DNA of 64,000 nucleotides from Candidatus Methanomethylophilaceae archaeon (lineage in GTDB: Archaea; Thermoplasmatota; Thermoplasmata; Methanomassiliicoccales; Methanomethylophilaceae). Positions 41,078 through 51,372 of this stretch are shown in pieces. Location of the stretch: assembly GCA_944320495.1 (NCBI GenBank), contig CALUHR010000006.1:1-64000 (forward strand). Reading direction: 5' to 3'. A model generated the notes under the pieces. The model worked only from the letters and a program-made list of their open reading frames with translations, had not been told where the DNA came from and searched no databases. The position numbers and the translations under genes were made by a program. Each line of letters begins with the position of its first letter. Position 1 is the first letter of the stretch.

Positions 41078-41620
41078 ATGACCCGGAACAGCTACTCCGG
41101 GAACTCCCTCGTCATCGGGAGGTTCCAACCGCTCCACAACGGACATATGGAGGTCCTCATGAAGTGCGCGTCCGAGTCCGAGAGGCTCATCGTGGGCATC
41201 GGCAGCGCGCAGTACTCCCACCACCCGTCCAATCCATTCACGGCCGGGGAGCGCTACCTCATGATCGACGAGTCCCTCAGGGAGGCTGGGATAGACAACT
41301 ACAGCATCGTCCCCATCGAGGACCTGAACAGATACTCGGTGTGGGTCGCCCACGTGGAGTCGATGTGCCCTCCGTTCGGCAGGGTCTACACCAACAACCC
41401 GATGACCCGCAGGCTATTCGAGGAGGCGGGGTACGAGGTCAGCAATTCCCCCATGTACGACAGGTGTCGCTATTCGGGCACCGAGATCCGGAGGAGGATC
41501 CTCGAGGGCGAGGAGTGGAGGCATCTCGTGCCAGAGGCCACGGCACGCGTCATAGACCAGATAGACGGCGTGGGGCGCATCGCGGCCATCTTCAAGGGTG
41601 ATTCCGGTGCTCCCCTCCGA
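41078..41620 (+). CDS. nadM: Nicotinamide-nucleotide adenylyltransferase (CGA-terminated)
   Basis: GRFQPLHNGH, IGSAQ, NPFTAGER, WVAHV, SGTEIR; 180 aa to first CGA. Confidence 0.93.
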
Positions 41621-42089
41621 GGTCACCGAGCTTCTGGACATCCTGGGTTCCCGGGGGCTGACCCTCGCATGCGCCGAATCCTGCACCGGCGGGATGATCG
41701 GAGCCGCGATAACCGAGATGCCGGGCGTGTCATCGATTTTCATGGGCAGCGCCGTCACCTACAGCAACGACGCCAAGGAGTCCATTCTAGGGGTGTCCCA
41801 CCGGACGCTGCTGGATCACGGCGCGGTGAGCGCCGAGACCGCCGGGGAGATGGTCCGCGGTGCGATGCGCGCCTACGGATCGGACACCGCGATCGCGGTC
41901 ACCGGCATAGCCGGCCCAGGAGGGGCCACGGCGGAGAAGCCGGTCGGGCTTGTGTACATCGCCGTCGCAGACGGGCCGAGGGTTGTCGTCTCCAGGAACG
42001 TCTTCGACGGGGACCGCGCCCATGTCCGCGCATCCACCGTGAGGGAGGCGTGCAGGCTCCTCCGCGAGCTGATCGAGGGCAGGCTGCGA
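41598..42089 (+). CDS. cinA: CinA C-terminal-domain protein (NMN deamidase PncC-like), CGA-terminated
   Basis: AESCTGG, VTYSNDAK, GAVS.E.A..M, TGIAGP.G, KPVGLVY; 163 aa to first CGA. Confidence 0.92.
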
Positions 42090-42123
42090 CGGATTCTTAT
42101 CGGCGTCCGGCATCCCGCCGGAT

Positions 42124-42792
42124 ATGAGGTACGAGAGGCAGATCCCAGTCGTAACGGAGGACGGCCAGCGCAGGATACAGTCCGCCCGCGTGGGCATCGC
42201 CGGATGCGGCGGTCTCGGCGTGAACGTCATAACCAATCTGGTCACCGCGGGGGTCACCCAGTTCGTACTCTGCGACCACGATGTGCCGGACATCACGAAC
42301 CTGAACCGCCAGTACATCTACTATCCGGGCGACATGAGGCCGAAGGCGGAGGTCGCCGCCCAGTGGGTCCTCGCCCTCAACCCCATAGCGGAGGTGGAGG
42401 CGCACGCGCAGCCGTTCTCCAAGGACACAGCATCGATGTTCCTGGGCTGCGACATCATCGTGGACTGCCTCGACTCCTTCTCGGCGAGGATGGAGCTCAG
42501 CGACTTCGCAGCCGAGAACGACATCCCCTTGGTGCACGGGGGGATCGAGGGTCTGAACGGACAGATGTTCGTCATGGTCCCGGGGGAGACGGCCACGCTC
42601 CGCGACGTCTACGGCGACAGGAGGGACCCGGAGGGTCCGCTTCCAGCCCTCGGGGCCGCAGTCGCCTGCATCGCCGCCATGCAGTCCGTCGAGGCCGTCA
42701 AGCTGCTCGCCGGGATGCCGTCGGAGGCCCGCGGGAAGCTGATAACCGTGGACATGGGCGGATGGTCCGTAGAGTCCGCGAGGATATCCTGA
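42124..42792 (+). CDS. ThiF/MoeB/HesA-family E1-like adenylyltransferase
   Basis: RYERQ, GCGGLG, D.D.....NLNRQ, DCLDS..AR. Confidence 0.9.
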   Translation: MRYERQIPVVTEDGQRRIQSARVGIAGCGGLGVNVITNLVTAGVTQFVLCDHDVPDITNLNRQYIYYPGDMRPKAEVAAQWVLALNPIAEVEAHAQPFSKDTASMFLGCDIIVDCLDSFSARMELSDFAAENDIPLVHGGIEGLNGQMFVMVPGETATLRDVYGDRRDPEGPLPALGAAVACIAAMQSVEAVKLLAGMPSEARGKLITVDMGGWSVESARIS

Positions 42793-42841
42793 AGGCCAGC
42801 CCCTCGAATCATGTTTATAGGCGCTAAGGTTAGCACCGCTC

Positions 42842-43744
42842 ATGAAGCTCCTGATGACCGGGAAGGTCAAAGAGGTCTACGAGGTCGACGAGGACACCCT
42901 CGAGTTCGCATACACCGACAACATCTCCGTCTTCGACAAGATCATACCCTCCAAGGTCCCCCACAAGGGCGAGACCCTCTGCAGGACCGCCAAGTACTGG
43001 TTCAACCTGATGAACCAGGAGGGCATCCACAACGACTTCCTGAGCGAGCCCTCCAAGGACAGGATGCGCGTCAGGAGGGTCAGGGTCATCCGCGACTACT
43101 CCAAGATCGACGGTACCACCACCAATTATCTGATCCCGCTGGAGGTCATCTGCAGGTACTACGCCGCCGGATCACTCCTGGACAGGATCAAGTCCGGCAA
43201 GGTCACCCCCGAGCAGCTCGGCTTCCCCGCCGGTTACCAGGTCAAGAAGGGCGACAAGCTCCCGACCCCGTTCATCGAGTGCACCACCAAGCTGGAGGCC
43301 CACGACGAGAACCTCACCGATGAGCAGGCCAAGGAGATGGCCGGGCTCTCCGACGCCGAGTTCCAGGAGATCAAGGACACCGTCCTCAGGATCGACGCCC
43401 TCATCGAGAGGGAGGCAGGCAAGCGCGGTCTCATCCACGTCGATGGCAAGAAGGAGTTCGGATACGACAAGGACAGGAAGCTGATGGTCGTGGACACCTT
43501 CGGCACCCTGGACGAGGACCGCTGGTGGGACGCCGACGAGTACGCCAAGGGCAACATCGTCGAGCTCTCCAAGGAGTTCGTCCGCCAGTACTACCGCGAG
43601 ACCGGCTATCACGACGCCCTCTACGACGCCCGCGAGAAGGGACTCCCCGAGCCGGACATACCCGCGCTCCCCCAGGAGATTATCGACCGCGTGAGCAAGC
43701 TCTACGTCGACATGTACGAGCGCATCACCGGCGAGAAGTTCTGA
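42842..43744 (+). CDS. purC: SAICAR synthase
   Basis: GKVKEVY, SVFD, IPLEVI.R, TTKLE, VDGKKEFG, DEDRWW, SKEFVR. Confidence 0.96.
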   Translation: MKLLMTGKVKEVYEVDEDTLEFAYTDNISVFDKIIPSKVPHKGETLCRTAKYWFNLMNQEGIHNDFLSEPSKDRMRVRRVRVIRDYSKIDGTTTNYLIPLEVICRYYAAGSLLDRIKSGKVTPEQLGFPAGYQVKKGDKLPTPFIECTTKLEAHDENLTDEQAKEMAGLSDAEFQEIKDTVLRIDALIEREAGKRGLIHVDGKKEFGYDKDRKLMVVDTFGTLDEDRWWDADEYAKGNIVELSKEFVRQYYRETGYHDALYDAREKGLPEPDIPALPQEIIDRVSKLYVDMYERITGEKF

Positions 43745-44035
43745 TCAAACCCTGCCCCGTCCTCGTGGACGGGGCCTCTACCATCCATCGTTGTTGTGCA
43801 CCGGGGATGGTATTAGTCACATATGGGAAGTCTCGAAAACCGATTGAAGGCAACATTCGCAAAACTAATTTTGAAACGTAATTTGTAAAAAATCAATTTT
43901 TTTTTTGGAAATATGGATATCGGCAAGGGTCCGAAGTATCACTGGACCATTGCATTTCGATAGGCGGATCAGCAGGGGCCCATGGTCCCATTATAAAGCG
44001 TCGGTCGACGATCCCCGTCGCAGGAGAGTACCCGA

Positions 44036-44599
44036 ATGAAGGATCTCGGAGTGAAGCCCTACGTGTTCCCGATGCCGGTGGCCCTCATAGCCACCTACAA
44101 CGACGATGGTACGGTCGATGTCATGAACATGGCCTGGGGAGGCATATGCGAGGCCGACAAGGTCGCGCTCAACCTCGACGGCGGTCACAGGACCACGGAG
44201 AACATCCGCAGGAGGAGGGCGTTCACGCTGAGTCTCCCGGATGTGGCGCACATCGCCGAGGCGGACTACTTCGGCATAGCGTCGGCCAACGACGTCTCTG
44301 ACAAGTTCGAGAGGACCGGCCTGACCGCCGAGAGGAGTGCCAGGGTGGACGCGCCCGTCGTCAGGGAGTTCCCCCTGACGCTGGAATGCACCCTGCACGA
44401 GGAGCAGAAGGTCGGGAACGACGTCCGCTTCGTCGGCCGGATCGTGAACGTGCTCGCCGACGAGAGGGTCCTCGACGACAAGGGGAACGTCGACCCGGTG
44501 AAGCTGGACCCGGTGATGTACGACACCTTCCAGAGCGGCTACTACGCCCTCGGGAGGAAGGTCGGCCAGGCCTGGGACACGGGCGGGAAGTACAATTGA
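44036..44599 (+). CDS. Flavin reductase family protein
   Basis: PMPV..I.T, MNMAW, T.ENI, DYFG..S, DKF, AP...EFPL.LEC. Confidence 0.9.
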   Translation: MKDLGVKPYVFPMPVALIATYNDDGTVDVMNMAWGGICEADKVALNLDGGHRTTENIRRRRAFTLSLPDVAHIAEADYFGIASANDVSDKFERTGLTAERSARVDAPVVREFPLTLECTLHEEQKVGNDVRFVGRIVNVLADERVLDDKGNVDPVKLDPVMYDTFQSGYYALGRKVGQAWDTGGKYN

Positions 44600-44647
44600 G
44601 AGAACAAGGAGGCCGGTCCCGCCGGACCTCCGGTTAAAACCCCCGCC

Positions 44648-45073
44648 TCAGAGGAGGTCCACGGCGACGAGCCTGTCCCCTCTGGGACACTCGACGTCTT
44701 TTCCCATCTTCGCGACCGTGTACTTCGACCCCTCGGTTTTGCCGACGGGATGGCACAGACCGTAGTTCGGGCAGCCGATCTCGTCGCACTTCGAGACTGA
44801 GTAAGTGATCGTGATGCCCTCGAGCAGACCCTTCTTCGGGAGTATCGCGGGTGTCACGGTCTTCTCGACCTCGACCGCAACGACGGGCTCGTCCTCCAGG
44901 AGGACGCAGGCATGCTCCTGTCCCCTGACGGACGTCACCCTGAAGCGCGTGCCCGCCTCAAGGTTGTGGCAGACGTTCCTGAGCTTGCATCCGTCGCACT
45001 CCTCGGCGGGGCCGATGTAGTAGAACTCGGACCCCTCCTTCGCTATCGCCTTCCCCACGAGAGTTATGGCCAT
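44648..45073 (-). CDS. UPF0179 family protein
   Basis: ITLVG..IA..G.EF, ECDGCKL..VCHNL, C.....C.NY.LC; TGATG junction with egsA. Confidence 0.85.
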   Translation of the reverse strand: MAITLVGKAIAKEGSEFYYIGPAEECDGCKLRNVCHNLEAGTRFRVTSVRGQEHACVLLEDEPVVAVEVEKTVTPAILPKKGLLEGITITYSVSKCDEIGCPNYGLCHPVGKTEGSKYTVAKMGKDVECPRGDRLVAVDLL

Positions 45074-46128
45074 CAGATCACCCCTGTGACGGTGGCCACC
45101 CTCTCGGCGACCTCCTCGGTTATGCCGTTGTCTCCCAGGATGGTGAACCTGTCCTTCCTTATTTCGGTGGCATGGGCGAGGGAGTAGACGATCTCCTCCG
45201 CGGGAATCCCCAGTTCTTTGGCGGTGGTCGGTGCCCCGATCTCGGCCAGCGCGTCCCTTATGTGTTCCCAGTCCCCTCCGTGGAGGTACATAGTCATGAT
45301 GGATCCGACACCGCACTGCTCGCCGTGGAGGGCCCTGCCGGGGCATCTGAGGTCCAGCATGTGGGAGAACATGTGCTCCGCCCCGCTGGTGGGCCTGGAG
45401 CTCCCGGCGAAGCTCATGGAGACTCCCGACATGATGATCGGCTTGATGGCGATCCAGACGCTGTCCTCCACGCCTGGCTTGATGAGGCTGGACGCGTCGA
45501 GGATCTCCTCGGCCGCGTGCTTGGAGAGCGAGTAGGCGGTGCGGCTGAAGGATTCGCCCTTCAGCCTCCTGGCGAAGTCCCAGTCCATGATCGCCGTGAG
45601 ATTGGAGATGACGTCCGCGCACCCGGAGGCGAGGAGCCTGTACGGTGCCTGGCTGATGATCTCGGTATCCGCCAGGACGCCCATGGGGGACGCGGATTCG
45701 ATGGATCTGGACCCTTCGGCGGATTTGAGCGAGGCCCTGTTGGAGGCTATGCCGTCGTGGGATGCGGACGTGGGGATGGCGACGAACGGGAGATGGAGCT
45801 CGTTGGAGACGACCTTGGCGAGGTCGATCTTGCTCCCCCCGCCGACGGCGAGTATGAACGATGACCCGGACTCCCTGGCCCTCCTGCAGATGAGGTCGAC
45901 GTTCTCCTGGGTGGCGTCCCCGACCCTGCACATGTCCAGGTCGTAGCCGTCCATGATGTCCATCACGCGCTTCCCGGCCACCTCGGCGGTCCTGCCGCCG
46001 GTGATGATCGTGCCCGCCCCTCTGAAGTGCAGCCTCTCGCACATGCCGCGGACGTCCTCGATGACGCCATGGCCGGCCACGACGTCCCTGGGCATCTCGA
46101 CGGCCTTGACCTTGCTGAAGTATCCCAT
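45073..46128 (-). CDS. egsA: sn-glycerol-1-phosphate dehydrogenase
   Basis: GGGSKID.AK, PTSASHDGIAS, SGCADVISN, SRP.SGAEH.FSH, HGEQCG. Confidence 0.95.
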   Translation of the reverse strand: MGYFSKVKAVEMPRDVVAGHGVIEDVRGMCERLHFRGAGTIITGGRTAEVAGKRVMDIMDGYDLDMCRVGDATQENVDLICRRARESGSSFILAVGGGSKIDLAKVVSNELHLPFVAIPTSASHDGIASNRASLKSAEGSRSIESASPMGVLADTEIISQAPYRLLASGCADVISNLTAIMDWDFARRLKGESFSRTAYSLSKHAAEEILDASSLIKPGVEDSVWIAIKPIIMSGVSMSFAGSSRPTSGAEHMFSHMLDLRCPGRALHGEQCGVGSIMTMYLHGGDWEHIRDALAEIGAPTTAKELGIPAEEIVYSLAHATEIRKDRFTILGDNGITEEVAERVATVTGVI

Positions 46129-46185
46129 CTCGCTCACGCATCCTGATGGGTGCAGATTATTAATTCAATTTCCCATGGACGGGAT

Positions 46186-46728
46186 ATGCCAGCAGCCCTG
46201 ATACTGTGCGGAAGCGCGCGCGAGGACGGAGTCACCGAGAGGATGTGCCGCACCGCATCGGAGACCCTGGAGTCGATGGGATACGACACCGTCTCCATCC
46301 GCATCACCGACGATGTCTCCCATTGCAGGGACTGCGGACTCTGCAGGGGCGGCCGTTGCGTCCTGGACGACGCGATGTCGGGGATATACGAGGAGTTCGC
46401 GAAGGCGGACCTCCTGGTGCTGGCGACACCGGTGCACTTCAGCGGCCCGTCGTCGCTGATCAAGTCCGCCGTGGACAGGTTCCAGCCGTACTGGTACAAC
46501 AGGGGCCTGTCCCATCCGTCCGTCGCCCTGGGACTCGTCTGTGCGGGAAGCGACTCCCCCAGGTTCGGACCCACCGAGAGCATCTTCAGGGCGTTCTGCG
46601 CAACCGTCGGGATGAGATGGCTGGGTCAGTTGGAGTTCCCCGATACCGACAGGAACGGAGGGGAGGGCGCGGCGGAGGCCGTGGAGGGATTCATCAGAAG
46701 CGCGGTCGGAGCCTCAGCGGAGCAATGA
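46186..46728 (+). CDS. Iron-sulfur flavoprotein / NADPH-dependent FMN reductase family
   Basis: GSAR..G.T, C.DC..C....C...D, ATPVHF. Confidence 0.88.
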   Translation: MPAALILCGSAREDGVTERMCRTASETLESMGYDTVSIRITDDVSHCRDCGLCRGGRCVLDDAMSGIYEEFAKADLLVLATPVHFSGPSSLIKSAVDRFQPYWYNRGLSHPSVALGLVCAGSDSPRFGPTESIFRAFCATVGMRWLGQLEFPDTDRNGGEGAAEAVEGFIRSAVGASAEQ

Positions 46729-47362
46729 GGAGGCCGGTGCAGCATCCCTCCATGGCGGACCCGTCGGTGACGAACGGGACGCTAAGGGGATGCAGGTCGA
46801 GGACCCTCTCCCACTTGTATGCGGTCACCGAGCCGTCGGTGTCCAGGATGCACGTCCTATGGAATCCCAGATCATCCAGGCGCCCGATCGTCTCCCTCAG
46901 GTCCGCCGGAGCGATGGAGCGGTTCACGACCTTGCCGTTCCTGACGAACACCGTCGGGATGGCGCTGTCCGACATGGACAGGATATCCTGGAGATCATCG
47001 TCCGACGCCACCGCGTGATAGGGGAACAGAACCGACTCCGCGGTCGTGTTGAACGCGTCCATGAGGTCGTCCGCGTCCTGCACCCATGCCAGGAACCATA
47101 TGTCCCGTCCGCGGAGCCTCATGCCCTTGAGGACGGCCTCGCGGAACCCGCGGGCACGTATGCTGTCCCAGTCGACGACCACGGCGGGTTCGCGGGTCTC
47201 TCCGCGCGGGATCGATGCCGCCGCGTCGGCGAACGGGATGACGCGGTCCCCCGTCTCGGGGAGGCATCTCCCCTCGGGTACGGAGACGGCGCCGATGGCG
47301 TCCTCTCCCATCTCGACTGCGAACACGGCCGGGATCTGCATGTCATCCCCCAAGGCCAGCAT
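46706..47362 (-). CDS. Hypothetical protein (start uncertain; ends at CGA, TGA 4 codons later)
   Basis: Host codon bias; no recognised family. Confidence 0.55.
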
Positions 47363-47466
47363 CGCGTATAGCGGTTGCGGGGACATGTAAACGGCCCTTA
47401 CCAAAACGGCCTGAGAGGGAACCTTATTAACAACGTTGACAGGGATGCCGACACAGAGGTTTCCAA

Positions 47467-47841
47467 ATGAGCGCGAAATTCATCTGCGAGAAATGCGGCA
47501 CCGCCGTCGAGGTTCTGTACAAGGGAGGATGCAACCCGTCCTGCTGCGGCCAGCCCATGAAGGAGGCCGAGTACAGGACCGAGGACGCCGCCAAGGAGAA
47601 GCACGTCCCCTACATCACCCGCGAGGGCGACATGGTGCGCGTCGTCGTCGGAAAGGAGACCCTCCACCCGATGACCGAGGAGCACTACATCGTCTACATC
47701 GAGATCGACGCCGACGGCATCCTGATGAGGAAGTACCTCAAGCCCGGAGACGCCCCCGAGGCGTGCTTCAAGACCGATGCCGAGAACATCGTCGCCTACG
47801 AGATGTGCAACAAGCACGGGTTCTGGCAGTCCAACCAGTGA
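47467..47841 (+). CDS. dfx: Desulfoferrodoxin (superoxide reductase)
   Basis: CEKCG...CCGQPM; EKHVP, HPM...HYI, CNKHG.W. Confidence 0.95.
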   Translation: MSAKFICEKCGTAVEVLYKGGCNPSCCGQPMKEAEYRTEDAAKEKHVPYITREGDMVRVVVGKETLHPMTEEHYIVYIEIDADGILMRKYLKPGDAPEACFKTDAENIVAYEMCNKHGFWQSNQ

Positions 47842-47958
47842 TCCCGGGGGCCCTCCGGGCCCCCCGACAAAACAGCGGGATTCCCACGTCCCGTGACCTT
47901 CCCCTGTTCTTGTATTTATATGGCCAAGGGTTCACCCGCCTCAGTAAAGGTGACTGCG

Positions 47959-48432
47959 ATGGCCAAGAAGATCATCGAGACCACTGGTGACGACGCGAAA
48001 GCGAAAGCCAGGCACGCGAAGCTCGCCAGGGAGCGCGAGGAGGCCGAGGAGAAGGAGAAGAACCGCGCCTCGGACGAGTACTGGAGGAACCGCCGCGCCA
48101 ACGAGAAGCGCAAGGAGGAGATCAAGAAGCTCCCGAAGGAGGAGCGCGCCGAGGCCAAGAGGAAGCTCCGCGAGGACATCCGCGCCAACAAGGAGAACTA
48201 CAAGCGCGAGAAGCGCGAGCTCCGCGAGAAGGAAAGGGCCGAGAGGGAGGCCGCGAAGAACGTCCACGCCGCCCCCGCCGAGAAGCCTGCGGAGAAGGAG
48301 GCCCCGAAGGAGGAGCCGAAGGCCGCGGAGCCCGCTCCCGAGACCCCTGAGGCGCCCGCTGCCGAGGCTCCCGCCGAGGCGCCGGCCGAGACCCCTTCGA
48401 AGGCTCCGGAAGAGCCCGACAAGAAGGATTGA
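47959..48432 (+). CDS. Highly charged (K/E/R) helical protein with Pro/Ala/Glu tail
   Basis: Strong host codon bias; low complexity. Confidence 0.7.
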   Translation: MAKKIIETTGDDAKAKARHAKLAREREEAEEKEKNRASDEYWRNRRANEKRKEEIKKLPKEERAEAKRKLREDIRANKENYKREKRELREKERAEREAAKNVHAAPAEKPAEKEAPKEEPKAAEPAPETPEAPAAEAPAEAPAETPSKAPEEPDKKD

Positions 48433-48519
48433 AACCAGTTTCACGTTGTTAACCGCCCGGGGGTATCCCCTCGGGCCCATCCAGACTTCCGTTCCCAAGG
48501 TCCTGGTTTTAAGTACCTA

Positions 48520-51312
48520 TTGCAATCCCCTCACGTGGTCAAAGGTTCGATCGACACCCCAGAAGAAAGGCTCTACCGCGCGGCGTCCACGGACGTCGAC
48601 GATGTGCTGAAGGAATACGACAGCAGACCGGAAGGTCACTTCAACGAAGAGATTACAACTTCCCGTATCCAGTATGGGAAAAACGAGGTGACGAACCACA
48701 ACAGGCACGTCGTCCTGAAGAGGCTCGCCAAATCATTCGGTAACATTTTCATAATCACTCTTGCGGTCATCGACATCCTTTGGATGGTCCTTGAACCGGA
48801 CATCATCTACTTCATCATCCTCACGACGCTCATCCTCGTCAGCGGAACCGTCACTTTCATCCAGGAGACCCGCAGCTCGAAGGCGGCGGCCCAATTGGTC
48901 AGCATGGTGACGACCATAATCACCGTCCGCCGCGAGGACATGGAGATCGAGATCGACTCCAAGGAACTCGTCGTGGGAGACATCATCATCCTGGACACCG
49001 GGGACATGGTCCCAGCCGATGTCAGGATCATCAGTTCCAATCACCTCAAGGTCGACCAGTCCGCCCTGACGGGGGAGTCGGGCGGGGTCACCAAATACTC
49101 CGAGACCTCCGATGCGGAGGACCTCCTCGAATGCAACAACATGGCCTTCATGGGCACCAACGTCGTCGGCGGTTCCGCCGAGGCCATCGTCGTCGCGGTC
49201 GGCGACGACACGGTGTTCGGCTCCATGGCCGAGAAGCTCACCGCCAAGAAGCCCTCCACCACCTACGACAAGGGCACCAAGTCCATCGTCAACGTCCTGC
49301 TGAGGATCATGTACTGCATGGTCCCGCCCGTGTTCCTGATCATGATAGTCAAGGACTATCTGAACAACGGCAGCTTCAGCGTGGACGGGGTCCTCACCGC
49401 GGTCACCTTCGCGCTCACCCTCGCCATCGGTCTGATGCCCGAGATGCTGGCCACCATAGTGTCGGCCAACCTCGCCAAGGGTTCCATCGACATGTCGAAG
49501 AAGAAGGTCATCGTCAAGGACGTGACCGCCATCCAGAACTTCGGCGCGATGGATGTCCTGTGCTCGGACAAGACCGGCACTCTCACGCAGAACCGCATCT
49601 CCGTCGAGTCCTGCAACGATATCTACGGCAATCCCAGCCACTCCGTCGAGCTGATGTCCTGCCTCAACGCCCACAACCTCAGGTCTGCCACCAACCAGAT
49701 CGACTGGGCTCTCGACGAGTACGCCGAGGAGGAGGACGGGCTGCTGGACGAGGTCGAGCAGTACGAGTACATAGGGGACGTCCCCTTCGACTTCATCAGG
49801 AGGAGGGCGACGGTCATCGTGAAGAAGGACGAGGAGGTCAACCTCATGATCTCCAAGGGCGCCATGCCCGAGATCCTCTCCATCTCCACAGGATACCTCG
49901 ACGAGAACAGGGACATCCAGCCCCTGGACGAGAAGACGGTCAACGACATGATGGGCCTCGTGGAGTGGTACAGCTCCAAGGGGATGCGCGTCCTGGGCAT
50001 CACCCACAAGTACCTCCCTGCCGGGAAGACCGAGTTCTCCGAGGCGGACGAGTGCGACCTCATCATCGCGGGATTCCTGGTGTTCACCGACCCGGTCAAG
50101 CCCTCCGCGAAGGCCGCCATCGAGGACATGAAGGACTACGGCATCGCCGTCAAGGTCCTCACCGGCGACAACGAGTACGTCTCCCGCCACGTCTGCGACC
50201 AGATCGGCATATCCACCGAGAACATCCTCGTGGGCCCCCAGATAGACGACATGTCCGATGAGGAGCTCAAGGATGCCGTCGAGCAGACCAGCATCTTCGC
50301 CCGCCTGAGCCCGGACGACAAGTCCAGGGTGGTCACCGCCCTGAGGGCCAACGGGCACACCGTCGGTGTCATGGGAGACGGCATCAACGACGTCGTCGCC
50401 ATGAAGAACGCCGATGTCTCCATCTCGGTCGACACCGGAACGGACATCGCGAAGGAGACCGCCAGCATGATCCTCCTGGAGAAGGACCTCGGAGTCCTGA
50501 AGACCGGGGCGATCGAGGGCAGGAAGGTCTACGTCAACTCCATCAAGTACGTGAAGATGATCGGTTCGATCAACTTCGGATACATGTTCTCTCTGATTCT
50601 CGGTTCCCTGTTCTTCAACTTCGAGCCGATGGGCGGAATAATGATCCTGATCTTCAACCTGATCAACGACTTCGCCTGCATCTTCATCATCTGGGACAAG
50701 GTGGATGATGAGTTCGTGCGCGAACCGCGGAAATGGGATGCGAAGAATCTGACGACGGTCATGTATCGGTACGGGCCGATGTGCGTCGTCACGGATCTGA
50801 TCTCATGGGCGTTCTTCATATTCGTCGTGTTCGCGGCGATAGACGTCACCCTGCCGGCCGATCTCGTCGCGGCCCACCCGGAGCTCGCCGGCGTGTCCAA
50901 CGCGTCCGACCTGGTCCTGGGCATGTTCGACCTCGGCAGCACGGAACCCCTCTCGGAAGGAGGTTATGCGGGATACCTGGTGCCCTACATGGTGCTGTTC
51001 CAGTCCCTCTGGTGCATCGAGCAGTACTGGATGCAGGTCTGGGCGATCCACATCGTCAGGACCAACAAGCTGCCGTTCTTCCAGGCCTGGTCCGCCAAGC
51101 CCCTGGTCGCGACCACGATCATCGCTCTGATCGTCGGAACCACCCTGCCGTTCACGGGACCCCTCTGGGAGGCCATCTCCGGATGCACCGACCTCCTGCC
51201 GATCCCGCTATGGGCGCTGATCTTCATGCCCATCATCGGAGCGGTCTACTTCTTCGGCGCCCACGCCATCAAGAGGCGCGTCCTGAAGAAGTACGGGTTC
51301 TTCGCCTGCTGA
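48520..51312 (+). CDS. mgtA: Mg2+-translocating P-type ATPase
   Basis: LTGES, GLMPEML, DKTGTLT, PFDFIRRR, LTGDN, GDGIND; TTG start. Confidence 0.93.
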   Translation: MQSPHVVKGSIDTPEERLYRAASTDVDDVLKEYDSRPEGHFNEEITTSRIQYGKNEVTNHNRHVVLKRLAKSFGNIFIITLAVIDILWMVLEPDIIYFIILTTLILVSGTVTFIQETRSSKAAAQLVSMVTTIITVRREDMEIEIDSKELVVGDIIILDTGDMVPADVRIISSNHLKVDQSALTGESGGVTKYSETSDAEDLLECNNMAFMGTNVVGGSAEAIVVAVGDDTVFGSMAEKLTAKKPSTTYDKGTKSIVNVLLRIMYCMVPPVFLIMIVKDYLNNGSFSVDGVLTAVTFALTLAIGLMPEMLATIVSANLAKGSIDMSKKKVIVKDVTAIQNFGAMDVLCSDKTGTLTQNRISVESCNDIYGNPSHSVELMSCLNAHNLRSATNQIDWALDEYAEEEDGLLDEVEQYEYIGDVPFDFIRRRATVIVKKDEEVNLMISKGAMPEILSISTGYLDENRDIQPLDEKTVNDMMGLVEWYSSKGMRVLGITHKYLPAGKTEFSEADECDLIIAGFLVFTDPVKPSAKAAIEDMKDYGIAVKVLTGDNEYVSRHVCDQIGISTENILVGPQIDDMSDEELKDAVEQTSIFARLSPDDKSRVVTALRANGHTVGVMGDGINDVVAMKNADVSISVDTGTDIAKETASMILLEKDLGVLKTGAIEGRKVYVNSIKYVKMIGSINFGYMFSLILGSLFFNFEPMGGIMILIFNLINDFACIFIIWDKVDDEFVREPRKWDAKNLTTVMYRYGPMCVVTDLISWAFFIFVVFAAIDVTLPADLVAAHPELAGVSNASDLVLGMFDLGSTEPLSEGGYAGYLVPYMVLFQSLWCIEQYWMQVWAIHIVRTNKLPFFQAWSAKPLVATTIIALIVGTTLPFTGPLWEAISGCTDLLPIPLWALIFMPIIGAVYFFGAHAIKRRVLKKYGFFAC

Positions 51313-51372
51313 TCAAACGTGGAGGGGTCCGCCCCTCCCTTCCTTTATATCCCCAATCCGCATCGTCGGCAC

